Origin: Deltaproteobacteria bacterium
GTDB lineage: Bacteria > Myxococcota > UBA727 > VGSZ01
Direction of reading: 5' to 3'
Assembly: GCA_031384945.1 (NCBI GenBank)
Contig: JANNAY010000132.1
Coordinates: 1-49,321 of the forward strand
DNA length: 49,321 bases
The notes beneath the pieces are model-generated. The model ran no database searches and was not told the DNA's origin. It was given only the letters and a program-made list of their open reading frames with translations. Each line of letters starts with the position of its first letter. Position 1 is the first letter of the stretch. The translations under genes were made by a program, and so were the position numbers. This document shows positions 1 through 7,394 of the stretch, in pieces.

Positions 1-83
1 TGCTGTTCGGCGAAGGCGTCGGCGCTCAGGCCGCTGGCCTTCCACTTCTCGAGATGAGTTCGCCACTCTGCTGACTTGGACAT
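1..83 (-). CDS. 5' part (27 codons) of an IS accessory/transposase gene, possibly IS66-family TnpA-like
   Basis: ATG at 83 (minus) opens MSKSAEWRTHLEKWKASGLSADAFAEQ and runs out of the window. The W-x6-W-x2-SGLS-x3-F pattern resembles IS66-type TnpA N-termini. The family call is tentative. Confidence 0.5.
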   Translation of the reverse strand, partial: MSKSAEWRTHLEKWKASGLSADAFAEQ

Positions 84-141
84 CCGCCGGCGCTAAGCGC
101 AGACGCCGTCGACGTCACGACGCGGTTCGCCGGACGGATAC
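1..141 (-). mobile_element. Inner end of an IS copy (left flank), cut by the window edge
   Basis: nt 1-141 are the exact reverse complement of nt 49181-49321, compared base by base. Identity stops at 142/49180. The segment is about 58 bp of terminal sequence (GTATCCGTCCGGCGAACC... read from the inner end) plus the start of an outward-facing ORF. Confidence 0.75.
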
Positions 142-259
142 CTGTGGCGTTTGCGGTGGAGCTGAAGGCCTCGCCGGAGACGGCAACGGTCTGGTGGTTG
201 TCTCCTTTGAGCCACCAGCGCGGTTCGTTCGCGGTATCGTTTTTCACTTCGAAATACAT
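142..259 (-). pseudogene. YegP/DUF1508-like gene, 3'-truncated by the IS end
   Basis: MYFEVKNDTANEPRWWLKGDNHQTVAVSGEAFSSTANA matches the YegP repeat pattern (MYFE..D..g.wRW.Lk..N...iA.Sge.y.S...A). The frame runs directly into the IS terminus at 141/142 after about 39 codons. Confidence 0.6.
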
Positions 260-436
260 CTTGATCTCCTGGTTGGTTTCGACTTGAAGCACAAGCGCTC
301 TGGTCGCCTGTCACCAAGGGATGCTCACGACCGGCAAGAATTTGCGGCTTCGACGAAAGAAAATTCTGTCGGTAGAAAGAGAATTGAACGAGGTGCGGTG
401 CTCGACGCACCGCACCTCAAAGGCACCCGCAAGAAT

Positions 437-718
437 CTACTTATAGTGGGTCGGAATGGGAGGCAGCGACAACAGATTGTTGTTCCACTGGCCGTCAGCG
501 TGCGTTCTGAGATAAGGACCGGTTTGTTGATTGGGCCAAGGTGAAACTTGGGCGCGTTTTCCGACACCACCAACGAAGAACTGCTCACCGTTGGCAATGT
601 TCGTGATGATTTGCTGGACCGAGCGCCGCCAACCGCCGCCTTCGGGGCCGCCAATCTCGGTGATGCGCTCGTGCTCGTTGCCGCCTTTGTTGATCGAGTC
701 GACCTGGAACTGGTTCAT
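437..718 (-). CDS. DUF3892-like small protein
   Basis: 93-aa ORF with a C-terminal YLRTHADGQWNNNLLSLP signature (YlrT.aDg...NLl.LP) and a conserved central GGW. Codon usage is lower-GC. Confidence 0.65.
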   Translation of the reverse strand: MNQFQVDSINKGGNEHERITEIGGPEGGGWRRSVQQIITNIANGEQFFVGGVGKRAQVSPWPNQQTGPYLRTHADGQWNNNLLSLPPIPTHYK

Positions 719-763
719 GAAGCCTCCACAGCTCCATGCTCCGGACCCTTCGAAAATTGCGGA

Positions 764-1543
764 TCACCCCTCCTCATCTTCAGGGGCCTCGATGCCGTCC
801 AGCCAGAGAAGGGACAGCGTGGCCTGCTGGCGAGGCATTTGGATAACGTCCTCAACGACGGTTGCGTTGGCAGGGAGGCGCTCATCGTCTAGCCAGCAGA
901 TAGCCGGCACTTCCGCGGCTTCCGGATCGGCGTTCAGCGAGGCCCGCGCGAGGGATTCCTTCGAGACGTGCTCACCTTTTGGGTGAAAGCGAGGCCAGAA
1001 GTCGTCGGATTTCTTCGTCCAAGAGATCTGTCCATTCCTTGCATATACAAGGGCACAGGGATGCGCAGTCAATTCGATGAATCGGATAGCGGTGGCAGTC
1101 AGTGATGTCTCAAAAGCCTCGGCCAGAGAGCGAATCGGCTTAAATGTGACTTCATCGACATCAATCAATGGTAAGACCAGAGTCCTGGGCAAAAGGAGGC
1201 TGGCAGCAAAACGATTGGCATCTTGTTCCTTATCGCGATCAGCTCGCCAAGCGTCAAGATCAGCTTCAGAGCAAACCGCCATGCGGCGTTGATGCAGTTG
1301 AAGATGGCCAAGTTCATGAGCGATCGTAAACCGCAAGCGGCCGCGATCAACGCCACGTGGTATTCGAATTCGTGCACGAGACTCGAATAAGCTCAGTTGA
1401 GCAGCGCAGCCTTCCAGTTCGCCTTCTATCAGTTCAACGCCCAAGTGCCATGCAATATCCTCAATGCGAATGTGCTGGGGATGCCGCACACCGAACTGCT
1501 CCAGTAGAAGCATCGCGGCGCGTTCATGGCCGGCAATAGGCAC
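764..1543 (-). CDS. ImmA/IrrE-family (COG2856, DUF955) zinc metallopeptidase with an extra C-terminal domain
   Basis: HExxH motif in FTIAHELGHLQLH, followed downstream by EQDANRFAASLLLP, typical of ImmA/IrrE. 259 aa. The start overlaps the stop of the upstream ORF (ATGA at 1543). Confidence 0.8.
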   Translation of the reverse strand: MPIAGHERAAMLLLEQFGVRHPQHIRIEDIAWHLGVELIEGELEGCAAQLSLFESRARIRIPRGVDRGRLRFTIAHELGHLQLHQRRMAVCSEADLDAWRADRDKEQDANRFAASLLLPRTLVLPLIDVDEVTFKPIRSLAEAFETSLTATAIRFIELTAHPCALVYARNGQISWTKKSDDFWPRFHPKGEHVSKESLARASLNADPEAAEVPAICWLDDERLPANATVVEDVIQMPRQQATLSLLWLDGIEAPEDEEG

Positions 1544-1944
1544 TAGTCGGCCTTGGATTCTTTTAGTGCAAGGATATCTGCTAAATGTTGTTCAAGAAGT
1601 CCCCTCTCATCGGAGTCGGGATCGAGATCCCGATAGGCAGCTACTGGTGCTCCTTCCAACTTCAGGCGCTCTCGAAGCTGATCGATTGTGAGTTTAAAAT
1701 CACGAACCCGCTGACGAAGATCAAGCGGCTTATTGCGCGTTCGGGCATCACGTGCGGCATCCAACTGGAGCCGCCGCTGCGCAGCAGCGCAATCTTCAAG
1801 AAATGAATCGAATAACTTCTGCTCGGATTCCACCTTAACTCCGAGTGCCTTCAACTCTGCGCCAATTTCGGAAGCATCCATACCTTCCGTATCCGTGACA
1901 GCCGAGAGTAAACTGTGCAGGAATTTCCCATTCTTCATGGCCAT
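1543..1944 (-). CDS. Hypothetical helical/coiled-coil protein (133 aa), translationally coupled to the ImmA-like gene
   Basis: ORF with the same low-GC codon usage as its neighbours. It has a 1-nt gap to the upstream gene and a 4-nt overlap with the downstream gene. No HTH was recognised by eye. Confidence 0.6.
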   Translation of the reverse strand: MAMKNGKFLHSLLSAVTDTEGMDASEIGAELKALGVKVESEQKLFDSFLEDCAAAQRRLQLDAARDARTRNKPLDLRQRVRDFKLTIDQLRERLKLEGAPVAAYRDLDPDSDERGLLEQHLADILALKESKAD

Positions 1945-1945
1945 G

Positions 1946-2674
1946 TTAGTCCCCGAGGTGATCAGCTACGTTGGAAAGGAGCTCAGGCGGGAGCTTCCCC
2001 AGAAGAGTGTGAAGGCGCTTGATTGCAGCTTGGTAGTCTGAAGCGGATAGACCCGTGGCAGTAAGGACAGCCGCTCGCTTTACGGAGTTGTCATCGCCGA
2101 GGTAGGCCTCATCCTGAAATGCCATCAGTATCATGGATACATCCGAATCATTAACAGCGAGATTCATCAGCGCATCGACGGTGGCAGCGGTGACAGAAAT
2201 TAAATCCCGATGAATCAGCGCTGATTCCGGCGAGGGAAGATCGGTCACCAACAAGACAGAAGCATCGGGGGCATCATCTGTTTCGTCAGCATCGATGGCT
2301 ACACGAGGATGTTTCTTTAGGTGTCGGACATGGTTGGTGACGCGTTGCTTGATCGTGTTCTTTAGAAATGCAATCGTGCTAACGGTGGCGGGGCAATATC
2401 CGGAGTACAGTTGCATGACGGATTGCTGTACAAAATCGCGTGGATCACATTGCCCGCGAAGCCTACAGACATCGACCCATCGGTTCGCATAGAGAAGAAG
2501 CTCTGGAAAAAGTGCCTTGATTTCATTGGCGTCGCCAACACGAGCGTGTCTTGGCTTTTCTGGTGTTGTTCCCATCAGACCCCCACACGAAGCTAACGCC
2601 ACGCCCTCCTCAGCTTCCATCTCGTCATGCTCCCGACTCAGAACGAGTTGCGGGTCCCCGCCAATCAAATCCAC
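1946..2674 (-). CDS. Divergent sigma-70/ECF-like protein (function tentative; start may be the ATG at 2575)
   Basis: FPELLLYANRW...DPRDFVQQSVMQLY...IAFLKNTIKQRVTNHVRH resembles sigma region 2. The C-terminal LTATGLSASDYQAAIKRLHTLLGKL resembles a region-4 HTH. GC3 is low, unlike the rest of the window. Confidence 0.45.
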   Translation of the reverse strand: MDLIGGDPQLVLSREHDEMEAEEGVALASCGGLMGTTPEKPRHARVGDANEIKALFPELLLYANRWVDVCRLRGQCDPRDFVQQSVMQLYSGYCPATVSTIAFLKNTIKQRVTNHVRHLKKHPRVAIDADETDDAPDASVLLVTDLPSPESALIHRDLISVTAATVDALMNLAVNDSDVSMILMAFQDEAYLGDDNSVKRAAVLTATGLSASDYQAAIKRLHTLLGKLPPELLSNVADHLGD

Positions 2675-2697
2675 GATAACTTGTTATTTACGTGGAT
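2669..2697. promoter_or_regulatory. Imperfect 29-bp palindrome between the divergent sigma-like and integrase genes
   Basis: ATCCACGATAAC-TT-GTTAT(tta)CGTGGAT. The outer arms ATCCACG/CGTGGAT and inner arms ATAAC/GTTAT are complementary. It lies at the low-GC to high-GC transition. Confidence 0.5.
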
Positions 2698-2712
2698 TAG
2701 GCTGCGGACGGC

Positions 2713-3669
2713 ATGTCTGACCTCGTCCGCGCGCCGGCCACAGAAGGTCTCTCCGACCAAGTCCTCGACCTCGTTCGCGCCAGTCGCGCAGCGAAGACGC
2801 TCGACGCCTACGCCGGCGATTGGCGCCGCTTCGACAGCTGGTGCGCGGAGCAGGGCAGGGCGTCGACGCCAGCGTCGCCGTCGACGTTGGCCGAGTACCT
2901 CGGAGACCTCGTTCGTCGAGGACAACGACCGTCGACGATCGAGCGCGCTCGTGTCGGCATCGGCCAAGCGCACGCGCTGCGCGGCCTGCCGTCGCCGGCG
3001 AAGGACCCGCTCATCTCCGAGCTGATGAAGGGCGTGCGTCGCACGCTCGGCGTCGCGCAGAAGGAGGCGCGGCCCCTCGCCGTCGACGAGCTGCGGAGCG
3101 TCGTCGAGAAGCAGCCCGACAACGAGATGGGCGCGCGCAACCGCGCGCTCTTGCTCCTCGGCTTCATGGGCGCGCTGCGCCGCAGCGAGCTCGTCGCGCT
3201 GGACGTTGACGACGTCGTCGTCGAACGCCGCGGCCTCATCGTCACCGTCAGGAAGTCGAAGACCGACCAAGAGGGCAGGGGAGCGCGCATCGGTCTGCCC
3301 GCGCAGCGCGGCGACGTTTGCCCCGTGAAGGCCTTCGAGGCCTGGCGCGATGTCCGCGCCGGCATTGATGTCGTCGTCGATGGCGCGCTCTTCATTTCAC
3401 TCGGTCGCCGCGGCCGCGGTCGCCGTCTTCACGACCAGGCTGTGTGGCGCGTCTTGCGCGACGCCGCCGGCGCCGCCGGCGTCGACGTCGAGCGACTCAG
3501 CGCCCACTCGCTGCGCGCCGGCTTCGCGACGGCCGCCGCGCGGGCAGGGCGGCCGGAGTCGGCGACGAGGAAGGTCACCCGCCATCGCTCGATCGCGATG
3601 CTGCTGAAGTATGTCCGCATCGACGATCCTCTCGACGGCGCCGCAGCCGGTGCTGCCCTGCTCGAGTAG
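2713..3669 (+). CDS. Tyrosine site-specific recombinase/integrase
   Basis: N-terminal SAM-like core-binding domain (TLDAYAGDWRRFDSWCAEQG). Catalytic elements are present: LRRSELVAL (Arg), RKSKTDQEG (Lys hairpin), AHSLRAGFAT (HxxR) and RHRSIAMLLKYV (His...Tyr). Confidence 0.9.
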   Translation: MSDLVRAPATEGLSDQVLDLVRASRAAKTLDAYAGDWRRFDSWCAEQGRASTPASPSTLAEYLGDLVRRGQRPSTIERARVGIGQAHALRGLPSPAKDPLISELMKGVRRTLGVAQKEARPLAVDELRSVVEKQPDNEMGARNRALLLLGFMGALRRSELVALDVDDVVVERRGLIVTVRKSKTDQEGRGARIGLPAQRGDVCPVKAFEAWRDVRAGIDVVVDGALFISLGRRGRGRRLHDQAVWRVLRDAAGAAGVDVERLSAHSLRAGFATAAARAGRPESATRKVTRHRSIAMLLKYVRIDDPLDGAAAGAALLE

Positions 3670-3676
3670 TCCGCGC

Positions 3677-4243
3677 TCAAAGCACACGGCCCATCTTTTC
3701 CCGCGCGCTGCTGAGCCGCGATTTGACGGTGCTCTCGGGAACGCCGAGACGCTCGCTGATGACGGCGGTGGTGAGCCCGCCGAAGTAGAGCAGCTCGATC
3801 ACAGTGCGTTGCTCGCCGCTCAAGAGCGCCATCGCCTCGCGTACGCGAGAGCGCTGGAGCGACGTCAACACGTCCTGCTCGGGCGCTGCATGCTTCTTCA
3901 GCGCGTCGACGTCGAAGTCGGTGCGATTGCCCCACACGGTCTTTCGACGATCGAGGCAACGGCTGCGCATGCGCACGATCAGCCACGCACGCACTGCGCC
4001 TCGCGCGGCACGAAAGTCGCCCGCGCGGAGCCACACCTCGACGAAGACGTCATGCAAGACGTCTTCGGCGCGAGCGCGGTCGACGAGCATGCGCACGCCA
4101 ATGCCAAGCAGGTGAGCGGCGTAGCGGTCGTAGAGCTCGCCGAGAGCCATGCTGTCGCCAGCGGCAATGCGGCCGACAACGGCGGCGTCGGCGGCCGCAT
4201 CGACGGGGTCTTGAGCGCGTGCAGCTTTGCGACGGCGAGACAA
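3677..4243 (-). CDS. ECF-type RNA polymerase sigma-70 family factor
   Basis: Region 2 (LYDRYAAHLLGIGVRML..AEDVLHDVFVEVW) and region 4 HTH (LSGEQRTVIELLYFGGLTTAVISERLGVPESTVKSRL). Confidence 0.9.
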   Translation of the reverse strand: MSRRRKAARAQDPVDAAADAAVVGRIAAGDSMALGELYDRYAAHLLGIGVRMLVDRARAEDVLHDVFVEVWLRAGDFRAARGAVRAWLIVRMRSRCLDRRKTVWGNRTDFDVDALKKHAAPEQDVLTSLQRSRVREAMALLSGEQRTVIELLYFGGLTTAVISERLGVPESTVKSRLSSAREKMGRVL

Positions 4244-4250
4244 GACGATC

Positions 4251-5126
4251 TCAGAAGCGCCGACGCAGAGCGCCGACGACGAGGGTGACGAAAAACAGCG
4301 CAGTCATGACCAGCACGACGGCGCCGCCGGTGGGCAGCGGCGTCACGGCCGAGATGCCGATGCCAGCCACGCCGGCGACAAAGGCGACGACGATGCCGAC
4401 GCCGAAGGAGCCGCGTGCGCTGCTGGTGACATTGCGGGCCGCGGCCGCCGGCACAATCACGAATGCCTCAACCAACAGCGATCCAATGATCTTCAAGCTC
4501 ACCACGATCGCCGCGGTCAGCACCAAGACAAACAGGTAGTCCATCGCCGCGCCGCTCACGCCGCGGACGTGGGCCAAGGGCGAGGCGATGCTGTCGAGCA
4601 GTAGCTGGTTGTAGAACCACAGCAAGACGCCGGCGGCGACGACCGCAACGGCGACGAGCACCACGAGGTCGGTCGTCGTCACCGTCAGCAAGCTGCCGAA
4701 GAGCACGCCTTCGACCTGGTGGATGTTGAACTTGCGCGTCACCAAGACGAGCAGGCAGATGCCGAGGCCCAGCGAGAGCGCGAGAAAGATGCCGATCAAG
4801 GTGTCGGGTGGCAGCGCCGAGCGGCGCTTGATGAAGACCATCCAGATGGCAGCGAAGAAACAGAAGCCGAAGATTCCACCGTATGGTGCTGCGATCGATT
4901 CGCCGGCCAGCAATCCCAAAGAGACGCCGGTCAAGGCAGCGTGTCCGAGCGCCGCCGAGAAGAAGGCGAGACGGCGCGCGACGACGAGATGGCTGATGCC
5001 GCCGAGCAGCGGCGCGAGCACAACGACGGCGAGCAGGCCGCGCACGACGAAGGCAAAGCCGAAGGCCTCGGGCAAGAATCCGCGGGCGGCCAGCGCGCGC
5101 AGCAGAGCAGAGAGCCCGTCGATCAT
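4251..5126 (-). CDS. Metal (Zn/Mn/Fe-type, ABC-3 family) ABC transporter permease
   Basis: 291-aa polytopic membrane protein with the ZnuB/MntB/TroC-like layout. The start overlaps the ATPase stop. Confidence 0.85.
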   Translation of the reverse strand: MIDGLSALLRALAARGFLPEAFGFAFVVRGLLAVVVLAPLLGGISHLVVARRLAFFSAALGHAALTGVSLGLLAGESIAAPYGGIFGFCFFAAIWMVFIKRRSALPPDTLIGIFLALSLGLGICLLVLVTRKFNIHQVEGVLFGSLLTVTTTDLVVLVAVAVVAAGVLLWFYNQLLLDSIASPLAHVRGVSGAAMDYLFVLVLTAAIVVSLKIIGSLLVEAFVIVPAAAARNVTSSARGSFGVGIVVAFVAGVAGIGISAVTPLPTGGAVVLVMTALFFVTLVVGALRRRF

Positions 5127-5758
5127 GCAGCGACGAGCTCGGTGACGCCGTCGCAGAGGCGGTCGATCTGGGCGCGGTCGTGGGCCACCAACAACGACGT
5201 GACACCCTCCGTCTTCAGCTCGGTCAACAGCGTCTCCATGATTGACGACGACGCGGCATCGAGGCCGGCGCCGGGCTCGTCGAGCACCAACAGCGCCGGC
5301 AGAGGATCGATGGCGTGCGCCAGCAACACGCGCTGCATCTGTCCGCCCGACAACGACGACAGCGGTTGCTCTTGCACCGATGCGAGGTCGACGCGCTCGA
5401 GCAACCCGCGCACGTGGACGCGCGTTGCGCGCGACACGCCGAGGCAGACCGGCCGTCGCTGCCGGGACGCGCCGAGAAAGTCTTCGACGGTGACGGGCAG
5501 ACTGCGGTCGGCGACGAAGCGCTGCGGCACGTAGCCGACGACGTCATTGTCGTCGCCGAAATGCAGGCGAATGCGTCCGTGAAACGGCAAGAGTCCGAGC
5601 ACCGCCATCAACAGCGTCGACTTGCCGATGCCGTTCGGTCCGAGGATGGCGTGGGTGCCACCGCGGGCGACGACGAAGCTGACGCCTTTGACGACGGCGC
5701 GGCCGCCGCGGTCGACGACGAGGTTGTCGACTTCGACGAGGGCGGCGCCTGCGCTCAC
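5123..5758 (-). CDS. Metal ABC transporter ATP-binding protein
   Basis: Walker A GPNGIGKST, signature LSGGQMQRV, Walker B LLVLDEP. ATGA overlaps on both sides. Confidence 0.9.
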   Translation of the reverse strand: MSAGAALVEVDNLVVDRGGRAVVKGVSFVVARGGTHAILGPNGIGKSTLLMAVLGLLPFHGRIRLHFGDDNDVVGYVPQRFVADRSLPVTVEDFLGASRQRRPVCLGVSRATRVHVRGLLERVDLASVQEQPLSSLSGGQMQRVLLAHAIDPLPALLVLDEPGAGLDAASSSIMETLLTELKTEGVTSLLVAHDRAQIDRLCDGVTELVAA

Positions 5759-6669
5759 GTGTTGTCGTCTTTGACGAGGGCTTGCACCATCGTGTCGACG
5801 TTCTTCTGCATGTCCTTCTCGAATTTGTCGGCGGTGTAGGCGCCGGTGGCGACGTGCGTGATTAAGTAGAGGCGCGCGCCGCCCTCGTCGTGCAGCACCT
5901 TCTTCATCGCCTCGGGGAAGGTCTCTTCGGCGAAGACGACCTTGACCTTCTCGGTCTTGAGCAACTTGACCATGTCCTTCAGCTCGGCTGCTGACGGTTG
6001 CAACCCGTGGGCGGGTTGCACGACACCGACGATGTCGAAGCCGAACTCCTGCATCAAATAGCCATAGCCGTCGTGGACGGTGACGACGCGGTGCACCTTC
6101 GCCGCGGCGAGGTCGGTGGCGCCTTTCGCTTTGATGGTGCGCAGACGGCGCGCATAGTCAGCGGCGTTCTTCTGAAACTTCTCCGTCGACGCCGGCTGCA
6201 GCGCGCCGAGCGCTTTGGCGATCAAGTAGGTCTGCTGGATCGCGTTGGTGAACGAGATGAACGTGTGCGAGTTCACCGCCTCGCCGTGCGCGCCCTTGAG
6301 CAGCGGCGTCCCCTCGTTGACCTTGATGACGACGAGCTTCTTGTTGCCCGACGCCTCGATCATCTTGTTGATGACATCGTCGTGGCCGAGGGCGTTGACG
6401 ACGATGGCGTCGAGGCCGGCGATCTTCTGAATGTCGGCGGGCTTCGGCTGGTAGTCGTCGACGTCGATCTCGCCGGGCAAGATGCTGATGACGTCGATGG
6501 GGGCGTCGCCGACGACGTTGCTCGTCCATGAGAAGTACGGATGCAGCGTGACGCCGACCTTGAGGCGCGCCGCGGCCGCGGGCGTCGTCGTCGTGGTCGG
6601 CGCGGCGTGCGCAACGCCGACGACCGAGAAGGCAAAGGCGAGGACGGTGAACAGAGACGCTGACTTCAT
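5755..6669 (-). CDS. Metal ABC transporter periplasmic substrate-binding protein (ZnuA/TroA-like)
   Basis: Signal peptide MKSASLFTVLAFAFSVVGVAHA from the ATG at 6669, with cluster-9 SBP-like sequence (HPYFSW..., VNSHTFISF, VVTVHDGYGYL). The longer 429-aa ORF upstream is Arg-rich and was not used. Confidence 0.85.
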   Translation of the reverse strand: MKSASLFTVLAFAFSVVGVAHAAPTTTTTPAAAARLKVGVTLHPYFSWTSNVVGDAPIDVISILPGEIDVDDYQPKPADIQKIAGLDAIVVNALGHDDVINKMIEASGNKKLVVIKVNEGTPLLKGAHGEAVNSHTFISFTNAIQQTYLIAKALGALQPASTEKFQKNAADYARRLRTIKAKGATDLAAAKVHRVVTVHDGYGYLMQEFGFDIVGVVQPAHGLQPSAAELKDMVKLLKTEKVKVVFAEETFPEAMKKVLHDEGGARLYLITHVATGAYTADKFEKDMQKNVDTMVQALVKDDNT

Positions 6670-6686
6670 TGGGGTCCTTCGGAGGA

Positions 6687-7286
6687 TCAAAGATTTGCAA
6701 TCGGAGCGACGAGGACCTGCAGGCAACCGGCCGCCAGGGGGTTGTCGATGACGTCGTCGGCCACGGCGCCGGCGTGCTTCCACAGCGTCGCGTGAATCGG
6801 CGTGCCGTCGGCCAGCTCGTGGTGGACTTCGTCGACGGCGGGCTTGCTGTAGGCGGCGTCGCCAGCAGCTGGCTCTTGGAACACCACGATGAGCGTTGGC
6901 ATCGTCGTCGTCGACGCGGGTGTCCCGACGTAGCTGGTCGTGGGGCCGCGAACGACGCGGCGCCAGACGTAATGGCCGACGTCGAGCGGATCGTTGGCGA
7001 AGGGAGGCACGCCGTCGTTGGCGAGCGCGTCGACACTCGGCCACGTGCCGGCGCTGCGCACGCGCTCCACCTCGATCACGCCTTCGTGCACAGCGCGGAC
7101 GGTGCGTTGCTCCGTCGATGGCAGGTCGCTCACGAGGACCTGGAAATCGAGGACGAGCGGCGTCTGGGTCGTCTTTGGTGAGCGCGAGAGAAAGAGGACG
7201 GCAACGACGACGACGCCAGCGCTCAGCTGCAGCGCCAGGGGCAGGTCACTGTTCGGTCCGCGGCGGGTGACTTCGACGGTCGCCAT
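6687..7286 (-). CDS. Hypothetical N-terminally membrane-anchored protein, first gene of the ABC importer operon
   Basis: 199-aa ORF with high GC3. It has one hydrophobic segment (LALQLSAGVVVVAVLFL) and lies 17 bp upstream of the SBP gene on the same strand. Confidence 0.6.
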   Translation of the reverse strand: MATVEVTRRGPNSDLPLALQLSAGVVVVAVLFLSRSPKTTQTPLVLDFQVLVSDLPSTEQRTVRAVHEGVIEVERVRSAGTWPSVDALANDGVPPFANDPLDVGHYVWRRVVRGPTTSYVGTPASTTTMPTLIVVFQEPAAGDAAYSKPAVDEVHHELADGTPIHATLWKHAGAVADDVIDNPLAAGCLQVLVAPIANL

Positions 7287-7394
7287 CCGTCGCAGTTAGC
7301 CGAGCTGCGTTTTCCGTGCGGTGGACAAGTTGTCGCACCCTCCCTCGAATCGTTGGACGTTGCTGGCGCTCGAGCACTGCACCAGAGCTGACCC

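Noticed and set aside
142-3669. Integron-like geometry: a tyrosine recombinase divergent from an array of foreign genes pointing away from it.
   Set aside because: The foreign genes overlap or abut (a 1-nt gap and an ATGA overlap), with no attC-like palindromes between them. The integrase lacks the IntI-specific insertion/ALER-type motif as far as I can see.
6670-7044. N-terminal 125-aa extension of the substrate-binding protein ORF (5755..7044).
   Set aside because: The extension is extremely Arg-rich and overlaps the well-behaved upstream gene 6687..7286 in another frame. A canonical signal peptide starts at the ATG at 6669.
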